Shown here: positions 10,655 through 22,870 of the stretch, piece by piece
Numbering within the stretch: the first letter of the stretch is position 1
Layout of the letters: each line of letters begins with the position of its first letter
Notes under the pieces: model-generated
What the model saw: the letters and a program-made list of their open reading frames with translations, nothing else
The model's database searches: none
Told to the model about the DNA's origin: nothing
Position numbers and translations under genes: made by a program
NCBI RefSeq assembly: GCF_001194135.2
Contig: NC_068986.1
Coordinates: 70,283,948 to 70,332,169, forward strand
Reading direction: 5' to 3'
Source of the DNA: Octopus bimaculoides
Lineage: Eukaryota
DNA length: 48,222 nucleotides

Positions 10655-11893
10655 TACGAGGGTGGGCTGAAAATTTCATAAGCTGGCTAAGATACTCTCA
10701 TGGAATGTAACCAAATGAGGTTTATTTTTCAACAAAGTCCTCCTTGCAGTCCACACACTTCTTCCATTGGTGCTGCAGTGCTTAGATCCCATTGATGAAG
10801 AAGCTTTCATCTTGTTGGTCAAAAACAAACATCATCAGCAAATATGACGCGATGCTGGTTCCTACCCAAGTGCTGTTTCATGCTGAGATGATAGTCAGGT
10901 GTGGTCAAATCAAGAGAACAGGGAGACTGATCAGCCAGTTCAAAGCCACAGTCACACACAACAGTCATTGAAACAAAGGACCTGTGTGTTAAAGCATTGT
11001 CTTGATCAAACATGACCCCTTTCATTAGTTTTCCTGAGCGTTTGGTCTTAATAGCCTTTTGTAACTGCTTCAGCAAGTTGGCATTAATGGTGTGGCCCTT
11101 TTGAAGATAGTCAATAAACACAATGCCTTTTGCATCCCCAAAAACTGAGGCCAGCAACTTTCCCTCCTTCTTTGGAGCAGGTGAGGAGGGATGTTTCTAC
11201 TGCATGAATTGTCTCTTTGTCTCTGGATCAAAGTGATGAACCCAGCACTCATTCTGGCTAAGGAAACGTTCAAGGAAACCAGCTGGGTCTGCTTCAAACA
11301 ATGTCAGATTTTTTGTGATGTGATCAGCCTGGTGCGCTTTTGATTAGGTGTCAGAAGACGTTGCACCCACCGAGCAGAAACCTTCATCATGCCAAGTTCA
11401 TTGTGCAGAATATTCTCAACTCTCTCACAGGATATGCTAATAGCATTGGCTATTTGATTCAAAGTCAATCGCCAGCATGTGGTGAACACGGTCTATGTTT
11501 TCCTCGGTGATGGCAGTTGCGAGACGTCCAGACCTTAGGTCATCTTCAAGACCCTCCATTCCCCTCCTATATTCAGCTGCCCACTTTTGCAATGTTGATG
11601 AAGCTGAAGTGTCATCTCCTAATGTAGCAACCATGTCGGCATTAATGTCGTTGGAGGCTAAACCGTTTTTTTTCTCAAGTACTTGATAAGACCACGATGC
11701 CAAATTTTGTCCATTTTTAAGAGAAGTTGCTACTAGTTACATTTGAGGTCTTTGAACATTGATACATCAATTTACCTGGAAAGAAACAATGCAGTTATTA
11801 ATAAGAAGGGTTGAAATTAATGCATGTCAGATTTCACAGCTCTAGCATCACTCCGTCATAAACAGCATATGAACTTTTCAAACCACCCTCGTA
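10655..11893 (-). mobile_element. Full-length decayed mariner (irritans/Hsmar2-like), TA-flanked
   Basis: TIRs TACGAGGGTGGGCTGAAAATTTCATA / TACGAGGGTGGTTTGAAAAGTTCATA. Transposase fragments KWAAEYRRG, WVQRLL, VLLSVF-like LASVFGD, FDQDNA, CSLDLTTPDYHL. Multiple frameshifts. Confidence 0.93.
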
Positions 11894-12083
11894 GATATAT
11901 TATACTACCTCTTGGTTCTGTTGTGCATAATTATATTTATGCCTAAGTTCATATTCCACCGCTACGTTTCTCATTTGGAATTAGATATCTTATCACGATA
12001 TGATCAGGAGATTTCACAAGTTTATATTACGACCATATACGTGCAGAGTACACTTTAACAAGTTTGTAACTCAGACGAGCGTA

Positions 12084-12089
<6 letters not shown>

Positions 12090-12117
<28 letters not shown>

Positions 12118-12158
12118 CATACATGCATACATACATACATGCATACACACAGACATAT

Positions 12159-12205
<47 letters not shown>

Positions 12206-12231
12206 CATACACACACACACACACACATACA
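12090..12231. repeat. (ACAT)n/(AC)n microsatellite abutting an assembly gap
   Basis: Direct reading. Confidence 0.9.
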
Positions 12232-12924
12232 NNNNNNNNNNNNNNNNNNNNNNNNNNNNNNNNNNNNNNNNNNNNNNNNNNNNNNNNNNNNNNNNNNNNN
12301 NNNNNNNNNNNNNNNNNNNNNNNNNNNNNNNNNNNNNNNNNNNNNNNNNNNNNNNNNNNNNNNNNNNNNNNNNNNNNNNNATATATATATATATATATAT
12401 ATAATTGAGTTTTTTACCTGTAAATTTGGATTTTTATCCGTAATATCATATATATATATATATGTACATAAGTTCTAAAATTGCAGAAGAATTCGTTGCT
12501 GGGCAGTTTGGTTTAATGGTAAAACACTTGACATGTAATCACATGTGTGTGTGTGTGTGTACTTCCAAGAGAGAGGTTGTGAATCAAGCCAACTAAGGGA
12601 TAATATCCATCCAATATGCTGCTGGTACAATACCCAATTATTAATACACAAGTATTTTTTATTGCATGGCAATTACACTATTGAATGTAATAAATTGGTA
12701 AGGGTAAAAAGTTGTTTTACCCTTAATTTATACGGCAATAAGAAAATGAAGGGGATCGGGAGGTGGTATTCATCAACTTTTAGACATATCATGTCTATTT
12801 ATTTATTTTTAAAAACAACAATTATAACAATATACATACATATGCAACATATTATGCTTTACATATATAAAAATACCAGTAATTATTAAAATATATAGCG
12901 TATAACATAGAAAGTAAAATAGTT

Positions 12925-13046
12925 TCTTACAGCTGTTTCAGCCAAGAGGTCATAGTACCCCACTTTACTTCCATCCCTTCAGTGAACTGAAGTATTTGGT
13001 AGATAATATTAAGGTACTTGGGTGTGCCTCTGGGCTTCGTCAGAGA
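12925..13046 (-). ncRNA. Type I hammerhead-ribozyme candidate with intact core, 97-nt stem II and palindromic stem III
   Basis: Minus strand: UCU-CUGACGA (13043-13037), AGCCCAGAGG (13036-13027) pairing 9/10 with CCUCUUGGCU (12949-12940), GAAA (12939-12936), C-AGCU-GU-A, then AGA. Confidence 0.7.
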
Positions 13047-13155
13047 GTTTAGAAAGTTCATAAGGTTTATTTATAAATATAAATACATGCATATATACAC
13101 ACTTTTACATATACATACATATACATAAATATACATAAATACATATCTATACATT

Positions 13156-13206
<51 letters not shown>

Positions 13207-13249
13207 NNNNNNNNNNNNNNNNNNNNNNNNNNNNNNNNNNNNNNNNNNA

Positions 13250-13292
<43 letters not shown>

Positions 13293-13611
13293 TTATTATT
13301 AGGTGTATTATATCATTCTTATTAGATAAAGTATAAACAGAAGAAAGAGAAAATTATCAAAAGAGAAATAATAGTGGAATTTAAATAATCAATCTATCTT
13401 AAGATTATTGTAGTTATGTAGGAATGAAAAGGTATATAAAAGAGGAATAGATATATATATATGTATATATAGAGAGATATACACACACCCATATATATAT
13501 ATTTACGTACAAACATACCCATAGGTACATACATATTTCATGTGTCGAGAAGGGAGGATTACTGTAGTAGTTGGTATTTTTCTTTTTATATAATTATAAT
13601 AATTATACACA

Positions 13612-13662
<51 letters not shown>

Positions 13663-13729
13663 AAATAGTAAATGAGTATATGCATATATACGTACAGGTA
13701 TGTGCATACCGACATCCACCTGTATGTAT

Positions 13730-13850
13730 AGGTGCATATCTGGGTACAGGACATTGCAAACAAAACGTAGACGAGAAAACACACAAGCCACATAGAGAAC
13801 ATTCTTCTTCATCAGCTAACCCCGTTTTAGCACCGGCGTTTCGAAGAGCT
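13730..13850 (-). repeat. Family E short repeat
   Basis: Reverse complement TCTTCGAAACGCC...TTAGCTGATGAAGAAGA...CCTGTACCCAGATATGCA. Confidence 0.7.
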
Positions 13851-14179
13851 ATATATAAACATGCGATATGTTTTCTACTGAGGGCTTGCGATAAAGGTCC
13901 ACAATAAGTGGGTTAGAGTTTATATTAATACCTGTGATATTAGTCGGTACTAAAAGTAATAAATTTCCGGATAAGTTAAGAAATGCGTTTGACTCCTTTT
14001 CTTAATTTATCCATGTTATACAAGAGCATTTCACTTAACCCTGACATTTCTACCTTTATAAGTAGGATGTAATATCCTTGGCACTTATGTGAATTTTTGC
14101 TATCCTGGTAATTATTTATTATTTTTCCGTGTTATTTATACACATTGAAAAAATACACACACGTATATATATATATGAA

Positions 14180-14350
14180 CACTATTCAATTTTTTTCTCC
14201 GTGTTTTTCTCCTTGTCTCCGTATTCTTTCTGTTGAAGAGCGTAGCTCGAAACGTCAAAGACTTTCCGTATTCGCGAGCGTCATACTAATATATACTTTT
14301 GTTATTTACACCACCTGTCCTCGTCTGTTGTTATTATTTGTATATTCTCC
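14180..14350 (+). repeat. Family F short repeat carrying a minimal hammerhead variant
   Basis: 3' part is homologous to 45407-45515 and ends in a (TA)n run. Confidence 0.7.
14225..14261 (+). ncRNA. Minimal type I hammerhead-like motif, core variant CUGUUGA
   Basis: Stem I UCUUU/AAAGA; CUGUUGA-A; stem II GAGC-GUA-GCUC; GAAA; palindromic ACGU; GUC cleavage triplet (14254-14256). Confidence 0.6.
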
Positions 14351-15966
14351 CATATATATATATATATATATATATATACACCCTCACACACACACACACA
14401 CACAAAGAACATAATTGAGGTTTAAGATTTATGACAGCTGTTTATTGATGTAGTCATAGATTATATCAGCATATAATCCCTCTTCAAGAAAATTTTTAAA
14501 CTGGTATAAACAGGTGAGATAATAACTTGATGATGATGATGATTAATCCAACCAACATTTTGGGATCCAAAATATAATTTAAAATAAAATTGTAAATTGA
14601 AATATAATTATAGCTTCTATTAACTATACCATTATTCATATCTGTGTGCGCGTGTTTGAGAGTCTGTAATTGTTTGTATGCGTGCATGTATGAATAAGTA
14701 CGTATTTTATTGAGTCTATGCATTATTATGTGTATGTAACATTCTCTTTGTCTGCTAATTTCTGAAACTCGTACGTTCTGCATTCTTTCTTTATTTCTTT
14801 CTTTTTTTTTTTACTAATTTCATTATTATTTACTTATTGAATATTGCACATATACGTGTGGGTTTGTTTGCGTTTCTGTGCGTTTGCATATTTCTGTACA
14901 TATTTCCATATTTACTAAGGGTTGGACCAGGATGGGGCATTTCTTGGCCTATTCCCAATTAAGACCTAACAGATTTTAAGAGTTGCTTAATTTTCCACGT
15001 CACCACGCAATAAGTTTTGTCTGGAAATCATGACTTAAGAGACAGGAGTATCTCACAAATATTCGTTTTTATCGCTGTAGGTAATTTGCAAATATAATAA
15101 ATGAAAAATCACCAAAAAAAAAATTAAATTACTGAGCACTTTATTTGATATTTCTAACTACACCCTTATCTTCCCTGAGATCCCATATTTGTTTTATTTT
15201 TATTATTATTTATTACTATTATTATTTGTAGCGACGAGGCAAAATACAAAAGATATAACTTAGCTCTTATTATAAATGAAATTCGTTTATACTTCATATT
15301 CCTTAATTCTACTCTTGCATAAGCAAATAATGAAGTGAGATAAGGATTATTAGATGCGAAAAGTCCTACTTCCAATAAATATCTATCTTTTCTTTTATTC
15401 TTTCTCGCTTTAAAAATTTCTTACTGTGGGTATTCACACGCACGGACATTTAAAATCATCTCGGACATTACTTTCCCTCAGGTTATTTTCTATTAACAAT
15501 AATTGAAGCTAATATATTCCTTTGCTAAGCACAACCAGTCACAAGAGAGAGCAAATCTGACCTCTCTTGCTCTCTTCAACTAAAAGAGAGGCGTGTTAAC
15601 CTTTAGAATTAGAATGAGTGATTCATTTCCTAACGATTTTACTGTCCTCAAGCTCGTTATAGAACATAAATAGTATCAAACTGAATTTCAATGGTCTGTA
15701 CATAGCGCTTTGCTTAATTTCCTGATTGGGAACTCATGTGTGTATCTTTTATTAAGCAGCCCACAAGCATGTATGCTACAGTTCAAGAGGTATGACTACT
15801 GTATATAAAACATTTTCTTCTAGACTGTTTGATCTGAACACAGACTTTATTTCCTTGTTGGTATATTGAAATCGGTTTTAGGTTTTTCTTCTTTTCCTTC
15901 TTTTTTTGTTTCTTCGCCTCCGCTTCTATCTTTATTCGTCTGTCTGTCTGGTCCTCTTTCTTTACC

Positions 15967-15974
<8 letters not shown>

Positions 15975-16020
<46 letters not shown>

Positions 16021-16669
16021 NNNNNNNNNNNNNNNNNNNNNNNNNNNNNNNNNNNNNNNNNNNNNNNNNNNNNNNNNNNNNNNNNNNNNNNNNNNNNNNN
16101 NNNNNNNNNNNNNNNNNNNNNNNNNNNNNNNNNNNNNNNNNNNNNNNNNNNNNNNNNNNNNNNNNNNNNNNNNNNNNNNNNNNNNNNNNNNNNNNNNNNN
16201 NNNNNNNNNNNNNNNNNNNNNNNNNNNNNNNNNNNNNNNNNNNNNNNNNNNNNNNNNNNNNNNNNNNNNNNNNNNNNNNNNNNNNNNNNNNNNNNNNNNN
16301 NNNNNNNNNNNNNNNNNNNNNNNNNNNNNNNNNNNNNNNNNNNNNNNNNNNNNNNNNNNNNNNNNNNNNNNNNNNNNNNNNNNNNNNNNNNNNNNNNNNN
16401 NNNNNNNNNNNNNNNNNNNNNNNNNNNNNNNNNNNNNNNNNNNNNNNNNNNNNNNNNNNNNNNNNNNNNNNNNNNNNNNNNNNNNNNNNNNNNNNNNNNN
16501 NNNNNNNNNNNNNNNNNNNNNNNNNNNNNNNNNNNNNNNNNNNNNNNNNNNNNNNNNNNNNNNNNNNNNNNNNNNNNNNNNNNNNNNNNNNNNNNNNNNN
16601 NNNNNNNNNNNNNNNNNNNNNNNNNNNNNNNNNNNNNNNNNNNNNNNNNNNNNNNNNNNNNNNNNNNNN

Positions 16670-16727
<58 letters not shown>
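15975..16727. repeat. (CT)n microsatellite spanning a 649-N gap
   Basis: (CT)n on both sides of the N run 16021-16669. Confidence 0.9.
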
Positions 16728-16731
<4 letters not shown>

Positions 16732-16920
16732 TCCCTCTCTTTATAAACATGTGTGTGCGTGTAAAAATAGATATGCATATATATGTTGTGTGTGTGTCAG
16801 TGAGCATGTTTGTAGGCATAATAAACACACAAACTATGCACATACACACACACACACATAAACACACACACATAAGCACACACACATAAACGCACATAAA
16901 CACACACACATATATAAATA

Positions 16921-17335
16921 TTATTCTTTTACTCTTTTACTTGTTTCAGTCATTTGATTGCGGCCATGTTGGAGCACCGACTTGAAGGGTTTTTAGTCGA
17001 ACAAGTCGACCCCAGGATTCATTTATAAGCCTAGTACTTATTCCATCGGTTCCCTTTTGCCGAACCGCTAAGTTACGAGGACGTAAACACATCAACACCG
17101 GTTGTCAAGCGGTGATGAGAGACAAACACAGATATAAAGTCGCACATACACACAAATATATACATATATATACGATGGGCTTCTTTCAGTTTCCATCTAC
17201 CAAATCCATTCAGAACGCTTTGGTCGGCCCGGAGCTATAGTAGAAGAACTTACCCAAGGTGCTACGCAGTGGGACTGAACCCGGAACCATGTGGTTGTGA
17301 AGCAAACTTCTTACCACAGAGCCACACCTGCGCCT
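16921..17335 (-). mobile_element. SINE family A, full length
   Basis: Colinear with 4520-4928. Confidence 0.9.
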
Positions 17336-17429
17336 GTCCAATTTTTCCTGTCTTGGTTTGTGTTTGCCACCTTGGAATCCTCTGTGTAGTGGGTTGATCC
17401 ACTACTCAGGAAGAGACTATTCTAGAGTA

Positions 17430-17570
17430 CGTTCTGTCTTATCTTCGAAACGTCTAGATAGAATAGAGACAGCTGATGAAGGGATATTCCAAGTGGCTTT
17501 CCGTTTTCCTATGTGTTCGTTCCGTTGTCTGTAGTTTATTGTTCTAACGTCCTGTACCCTGATATGCATA
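17430..17570 (+). repeat. Family E short repeat
   Basis: TCTTCGAAACGTC (17442-17454)...CTGATGAAGG (17473-17482)...CCTGTACCCTGATATGCAT, then TA/TG microsatellite. Confidence 0.75.
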
Positions 17571-17633
17571 TATATGCACATGTAGATGTAAGTATGTACA
17601 TATATGTGTGTATACATGTATATATATTCTTTG

Positions 17634-17669
<36 letters not shown>

Positions 17670-17672
<3 letters not shown>

Positions 17673-18785
17673 ACCATCGAAATTTTATACGTAAAAATAG
17701 AGTAGTGTTATGTATAAAAGTAGAAATAAAAATATCTCATTTACTACCTAAGCGTCTCTATAGATACAAAGTATTTATAGTGAAATTCCTTTCCAGAACA
17801 GGATTTTAAATTTTCATCCACTAAAAAGGCTTTAAGTTAGTAAATTTTAGATGCAAAACATCAGATAATGTATCTTAATATATTAGCAAACCAGATCGTA
17901 AAACGAAACAAGTACGAACTGCCTTATACTGATACAACCCATACAACACCAACTAAAATACAGAAGCCATTCTTAATCTATACTACAAGAATCATATGTA
18001 CTATTGTTATAATTTGGATGGATATATCGTGAAAGTACGATATTATCAATACTGTATTGTGCAAAGTACCAGTAAACGAGGCTGGCGACTGCGGGAATTT
18101 GAACTTTCTGCTCGTAAATTAGTGCGGATTATAAGAAATTTCGGATCATCAGTGTCCGAAAAGTTGGTGTTACACTTGTATTGAATTTCGATGTAAACAT
18201 GAAAGTTGTGAACTTCATGACTCGAACTGTTACATTGAACATACAAGTACAATACTTTCTCATCTACAACAAAGAGTTAACGCAACTCTCTATAAAACAG
18301 TGCATTAAATACAATTAGATATTTAAAAAATCATTTGTTGAAATTACTACAGTTTTATATAAAATGTCTTCTACTTTATCCTCGGGCCGACCAAAGCCTT
18401 GTAAGTGGATTTTGTAGATGGAAACTAAAAGAAGCCGTCGTGTGTGTGTGCGTGTGTCTGTGTCTTGTGTCTGCCTGTCTGTCTGTTTGTCCCCACTCCC
18501 CACCGCTTGACAACAGATGTTGGTGTGTTTACGTCCCCGTAACTTAACGGTTTGGCAAAAGAGACTGATATAATAGATACTAGGCTTTTAAAAATTAAGT
18601 CTTGGGGTCGATTTCTTCTACCAAAACCCTTCAAGGCGGTACCCCAGCATGGCCGCAGTCAAATTATTGAAACAAGTAAAAAGAAAAGTAAAGGTTAACT
18701 ATGGAAGCTTTACTAGTATCAAAAGATAAACCAAAAATCAACTCACAAATATAAAACGCATAAAACAATCATAAAAATCTATCGG
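17670..18785 (+). mobile_element. Decayed Penelope-like element (RT C-terminal region and GIY-YIG), split by a SINE
   Basis: Motifs PKR..YKVFIVKFL, ILNLYYKNHM, EFRCKHESCELHDSNCYIEHTSTILS (GIY-YIG), and after the SINE MEALLVSKDKPKINSQI*. Confidence 0.6.
18366..18692 (+). mobile_element. SINE family A, 5'-truncated
   Basis: Central and tail regions match family A. Confidence 0.88.
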
Positions 18786-19230
18786 GACTTAAACATTGTA
18801 TAAACTTTTAATCCAGTGGTGATGTTTTTATTAGTTATAACAATATACCTATTATCCTATACAAACTACTGTAGAAACCATGAATAGCATGCCATTATTA
18901 CGACCACTTCATCCCGATTGTGAAACCGGAAGGGTCTTAAGATGGTAATGGATTTAATGAAACTATTGTTCAAACTAAGTACAGATGACTACTCAGAAAA
19001 TATGAAAAATCGTATCTTTGCTGTATGTATCTCTACGTATGTGACTATGTGTATGTGTGTACGTAGATATGTGTGTATTTCTGTATATGAAAGGTTGCTT
19101 GTGTGAGATGGATGTGTCTGCATGTTTGTGCACATTGGTAAACTTTATATGCATTGTATCTGTTTTACTTTAATGCTTTATTTTTAGAAGAGATCCACGT
19201 CTCTTTTAATTTTTTTTTTCATTTATCGCA

Positions 19231-19420
19231 TTCGTTAGCACGCTGGACGAACGCTTAGCGTCGCCACGTTCTGAGTTCAAACTCCGCCGAGGTCGACTCT
19301 GCCTTTCATTTTTTTCGAGGTCGATAAAATAGTACCAGGGAAATTCTGGAGTTGATGTAATCGACTAGTCTCCTCCTCCAATACCTCAGGCCTTGTGCTT
19401 ATAGTAGAAAGGGTTATTAT
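19231..19420 (+). mobile_element. SINE family B
   Basis: TTCGTTAGCACGC...GAGTTCAAACTCCGCCGAGGTCGAC...GGCCTTGTGCTTATAGTAGAAAGGG. Confidence 0.85.
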
Positions 19421-19990
19421 TGTTTTCTCGTATCCACTATACATTTATCTTACAGATATTTTTCGAATATTTTCTCTTATTTCCCTCCTTTTATGTACAT
19501 CATATCTCCGGCGTTTTTCTTCCTTTCCTTCCTTTTCTCTCATACCGTAAACCTTTCTCGTTATTGGCACGAGCGTCGTCTTCTTCTTCTTCCTCTTTTC
19601 TACCTCCACTTCTCTTCCTTTCATTTTCTGTCTTTCTTTCCTCGTCCATGCTCCAGTTTATTATTCATATTTATTTTTTACGTTTATATTTGTTTTAACG
19701 GTCATTCAATTTATCTAAATAGATCCTTTACTTCCAAAACTGTAGGCGAGCTTCAACCAACCAGAGTTCGATATTTGTTTTGATTGGTACTTCTGATTGC
19801 CTTTGAATGTCTGCTTCGCGTTTCATTCGCTTCATTTTTGCCCCAAAATCAGAAACGTGAAATTTACATCGACATTTTGTGAAGTTTACGACGTCCGATA
19901 AAATCTGATATTTTCACTCGTCTTTTGATATTAAACCCTTTTTGTCACCTGCTTCTTCGCAGCCCTTACCGTTTGTTTTAACTGTCCTGT
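19420..19990 (-). repeat. Unclassified repeat, homologous to 25380-25740, with a purine-rich tail on the minus strand
   Basis: About 120 nt of essentially ungapped similarity between 19681-19810 and 25601-25730. Confidence 0.55.
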
Positions 19991-20084
19991 TTTTGTTATC
20001 AACTTTTACCCTCCGCAAATCCCAAATTTTATTTAATTTGCTTTGCGGGAGCGACTGTTTTGACGAAAACGCATTATGCCCTAA

Positions 20085-20202
20085 CGCTCGAAATGCGGAG
20101 TAGATAAAACAGTGGACAACCGATGAAGGAATTGTTCTTTATATTACCTGTCTCGTTTTTCTATTTGTTTACATTTTTTGACATCCTGTACCCATCTATG
20201 CA
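20085..20202 (+). repeat. Family E short repeat, degenerate
   Basis: CTCGAAATGC...CCGATGAAGGA...CCTGTACCCATCTATGCAT. Confidence 0.65.
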
Positions 20203-20324
20203 TGTGTATATACATATATATGTATGTACATGTATGTATATATGCATATATGTATATCATTTATATCATTATTATTATTATATATNNNNNNNNNNNNNNN
20301 NNNNNNNNTATATATATTACATGA

Positions 20325-20510
20325 TTTTGCTCATTAGATTGCGACTATGCTGGAGCACTACTTTGAATATTTCTAATTGAACAAATCAACCCCAGTGTTT
20401 ATTCTTATGTTTAAGCCTGGTACTAATTCTATCAGTCTCTTTTGATGAACCGCTAAGTTACAGGAACGTAAACACACCAACATTGGTTGCCATGCGAATC
20501 AAGCGGTGTT
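20325..20510 (-). mobile_element. SINE family A, 3' half
   Basis: CTATGCTGGAGCAC...GAACCGCTAAGTTACAGGAACGTAAACACACCAAC. Confidence 0.8.
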
Positions 20511-21203
20511 GGTGTAAATTAGCAGTTCGGCAAATTTACACATTCTAATGTAAAAAAAAACAAATTAAAGATATACATGCATACATACACACACTCTCAC
20601 TCACTCAAGCGCGCGCGCACACACACACACACACATACGTACACAGAATGGGGAGAAAATTCTTTCCTTTAATTTCTCTTCTAAGAACGTTTCCATACCA
20701 TCCAACAAACATTATTTAAATGTGCAATACACAAAATAGGAGACTTTAGATGAAATATGAGATGGCATGTTTACTTTTCACTATATCACACAGTGAAGTA
20801 ATACAGAATGCAAATTTGGTTTTAAATCCATTAAAATCCCTTCAACAAATAAAGGCCTAGAGCGGTTCAAAACAGATTTTAAAGATTTGATAATGAGTAA
20901 GCTCAAAAAAAAATAACAACAATTTTTACTCTCAGAAACAGTTTAGCTTTTTACGGAATTCTAAGAAAACTTTTGTTTGTGATGAAACCAGAAGTTTTCA
21001 TCACATTGAACAAAAATGTTTACAACTGACTTCTTTCCAGTAATATTAGCAACACTTATAAGAAATCAAGAGATATCCAAAATTCCATGCATTTGTCGGC
21101 TAAAAGCGTAGCAACCGATCCCAAACTAGATAACAGTTGAATGTCTACCAAAGTGCACACCATTTATCAATATTAAGAATGATCGCAAACCTAGTTTTCA
21201 TAA

Positions 21204-22482
21204 TATTAGGTCATCCCATAAATAATTCGGTTTTTTCAATTGCATGAACTAAAAGTCGGAGAGGGACGAAATAAACTATCTGCATCAACTTGCTATAAAA
21301 GCAGGAAATAATTTTATTTTGTACTTATTCTTAGCGCAAGTTCTGAAGAATGCAGTTCGATTTTAACAGTTATCTATTCACAGCTATAATGGAAGTGACA
21401 AAGGAGCATATTTGGCATATTTTGCTTTATGAGTTCAATAAAGACAACAACACAATGGAAAGTGCGAGGAATATTAATGCAGTATATGGGGGGTCGAACA
21501 ATAAGCATAAGCCAGTGTCAACGGTGGTTCCAGAAATTCCAAGCCGGAAACTACAGCCAAGAAGACGAGCCACGCCCTGGAAGATGTGTAGAGCTCAACG
21601 AGGACGTCCTGCAAACCTTGGTGGAACAAAATCCCATCGTAACTGTTGAGGAACTAGCAGAGAAACTTGGATTTGGTCATTCAACCATTCATCGACACCT
21701 GCGTGCCATCGGAAAGTCAGCAAATTGGGTCAATGGGTTCCTCACAAACTCCGATTCTAATCGCATACAGAGAGTGCTCTTCTTTGCTGTCACGTCCCAT
21801 GAATGAACCTTTTTCGGATCGAATAGCGACTGATGAAGAGAAATGGGTTCTCTATAAAAATATCAAGCGCCGAAGACAGTGGGTAGGGAAAAGAGAAACA
21901 CCGGCACCCCAGGCTAAAGAATGTCTTCACCCACGTAAGGTGTTGTTATCTGTTTGGTGGGATATGAAAGGCTTAGTCCACTTTGAACTTTTAGACCCAA
22001 ACCAAACGATAACAAAGGAGAGCTATTGTGAACAGCTTGAGAGGCTTCAGTCAGCGCTAGAAGAAAACCAACCATTTTTGGTTTCATGACGAAAGATGTT
22101 CTTCCATCAGGATAATGCTCAGCCACATACAGCAAAGATGATATTCCAAAGGCTGGAGCAATTTCATTGGGAAACAATGCCCCACCTATCATATTCGCTG
22201 GGCATTACTCTACCTGATTATCATTTATTCCTCAGTCTTCAAAATCATTTGGACAGAAAAAATATGAATTTTGTAGACGAGACCAGAACAGTACTAGAAG
22301 AGTATTTTTCGTCAAGGACAAGTAAATTTTGGAAGAGGGGCCTTGCAAGTCTACCAGATAGATGGAAGTGCCTTGTAGAAAATGGAGAGTATATTTTAGA
22401 TTAAAAATGAACTTTGTTTATCTTAATTTTGAAAAATAAGAGAAGTATTAAAAAACCGCATTATTTATGGGATGACCCAATA
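21204..22482 (+). mobile_element. Full-length decayed mariner (mellifera-like), TA TSD, inserted in the PLE ORF
   Basis: TIR TT(A/G)GGTCATCCCATAAATAAT(T/G)CGGTTTTTT at both ends. Motifs EHIWHILLYEF, RPGR, TDEEKW, VLLSVWWD, HQDNA, YS..LPDYHL, ENGEYILD*. Confidence 0.95.
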
Positions 22483-22645
22483 GCTCTAAAAGTTATCTTA
22501 CTTTAATCCAGCTAAAACCGAGATCGGGATAGTTACCGAATCTCGTTTTAGGTTCGGTTTTACACGGAATAAAAAAAGGATATAGCACTTCTGTTATAGG
22601 ATAACAGTACGTCGGTTGTCGATTGGTTTAGTAATTTTAGTGACA

Positions 22646-22870
22646 GGCATTAGGCGACAATCTGGTAGACTCGTTAGCACGCCAGGCAAAATGCTTCACG
22701 GCATTTCGTCCGTCATTACATTCTAAATTCAAATTCCACCAAGGTCTACTTTGCTTTTCATCCTTTCGTGGTCGATAAAATAAGTACCAGTTGAACACTG
22801 CGGTCAGTGTAATCCACTTATCCCCTTCCCCTGAGCCTGCTGGCCTTGTGTCATGTTTTGAGATCAATAT
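22646..22870 (+). mobile_element. SINE family B inserted in the PLE
   Basis: Family B head-to-tail match. Confidence 0.85.

Noticed and set aside
15783-16909. Long 315-331 aa ORFs (also 37495-38429 and 46659-47551)
   Set aside because: Mostly X from N-gaps. Only the 3' part of 46784-47551 is real (mariner).
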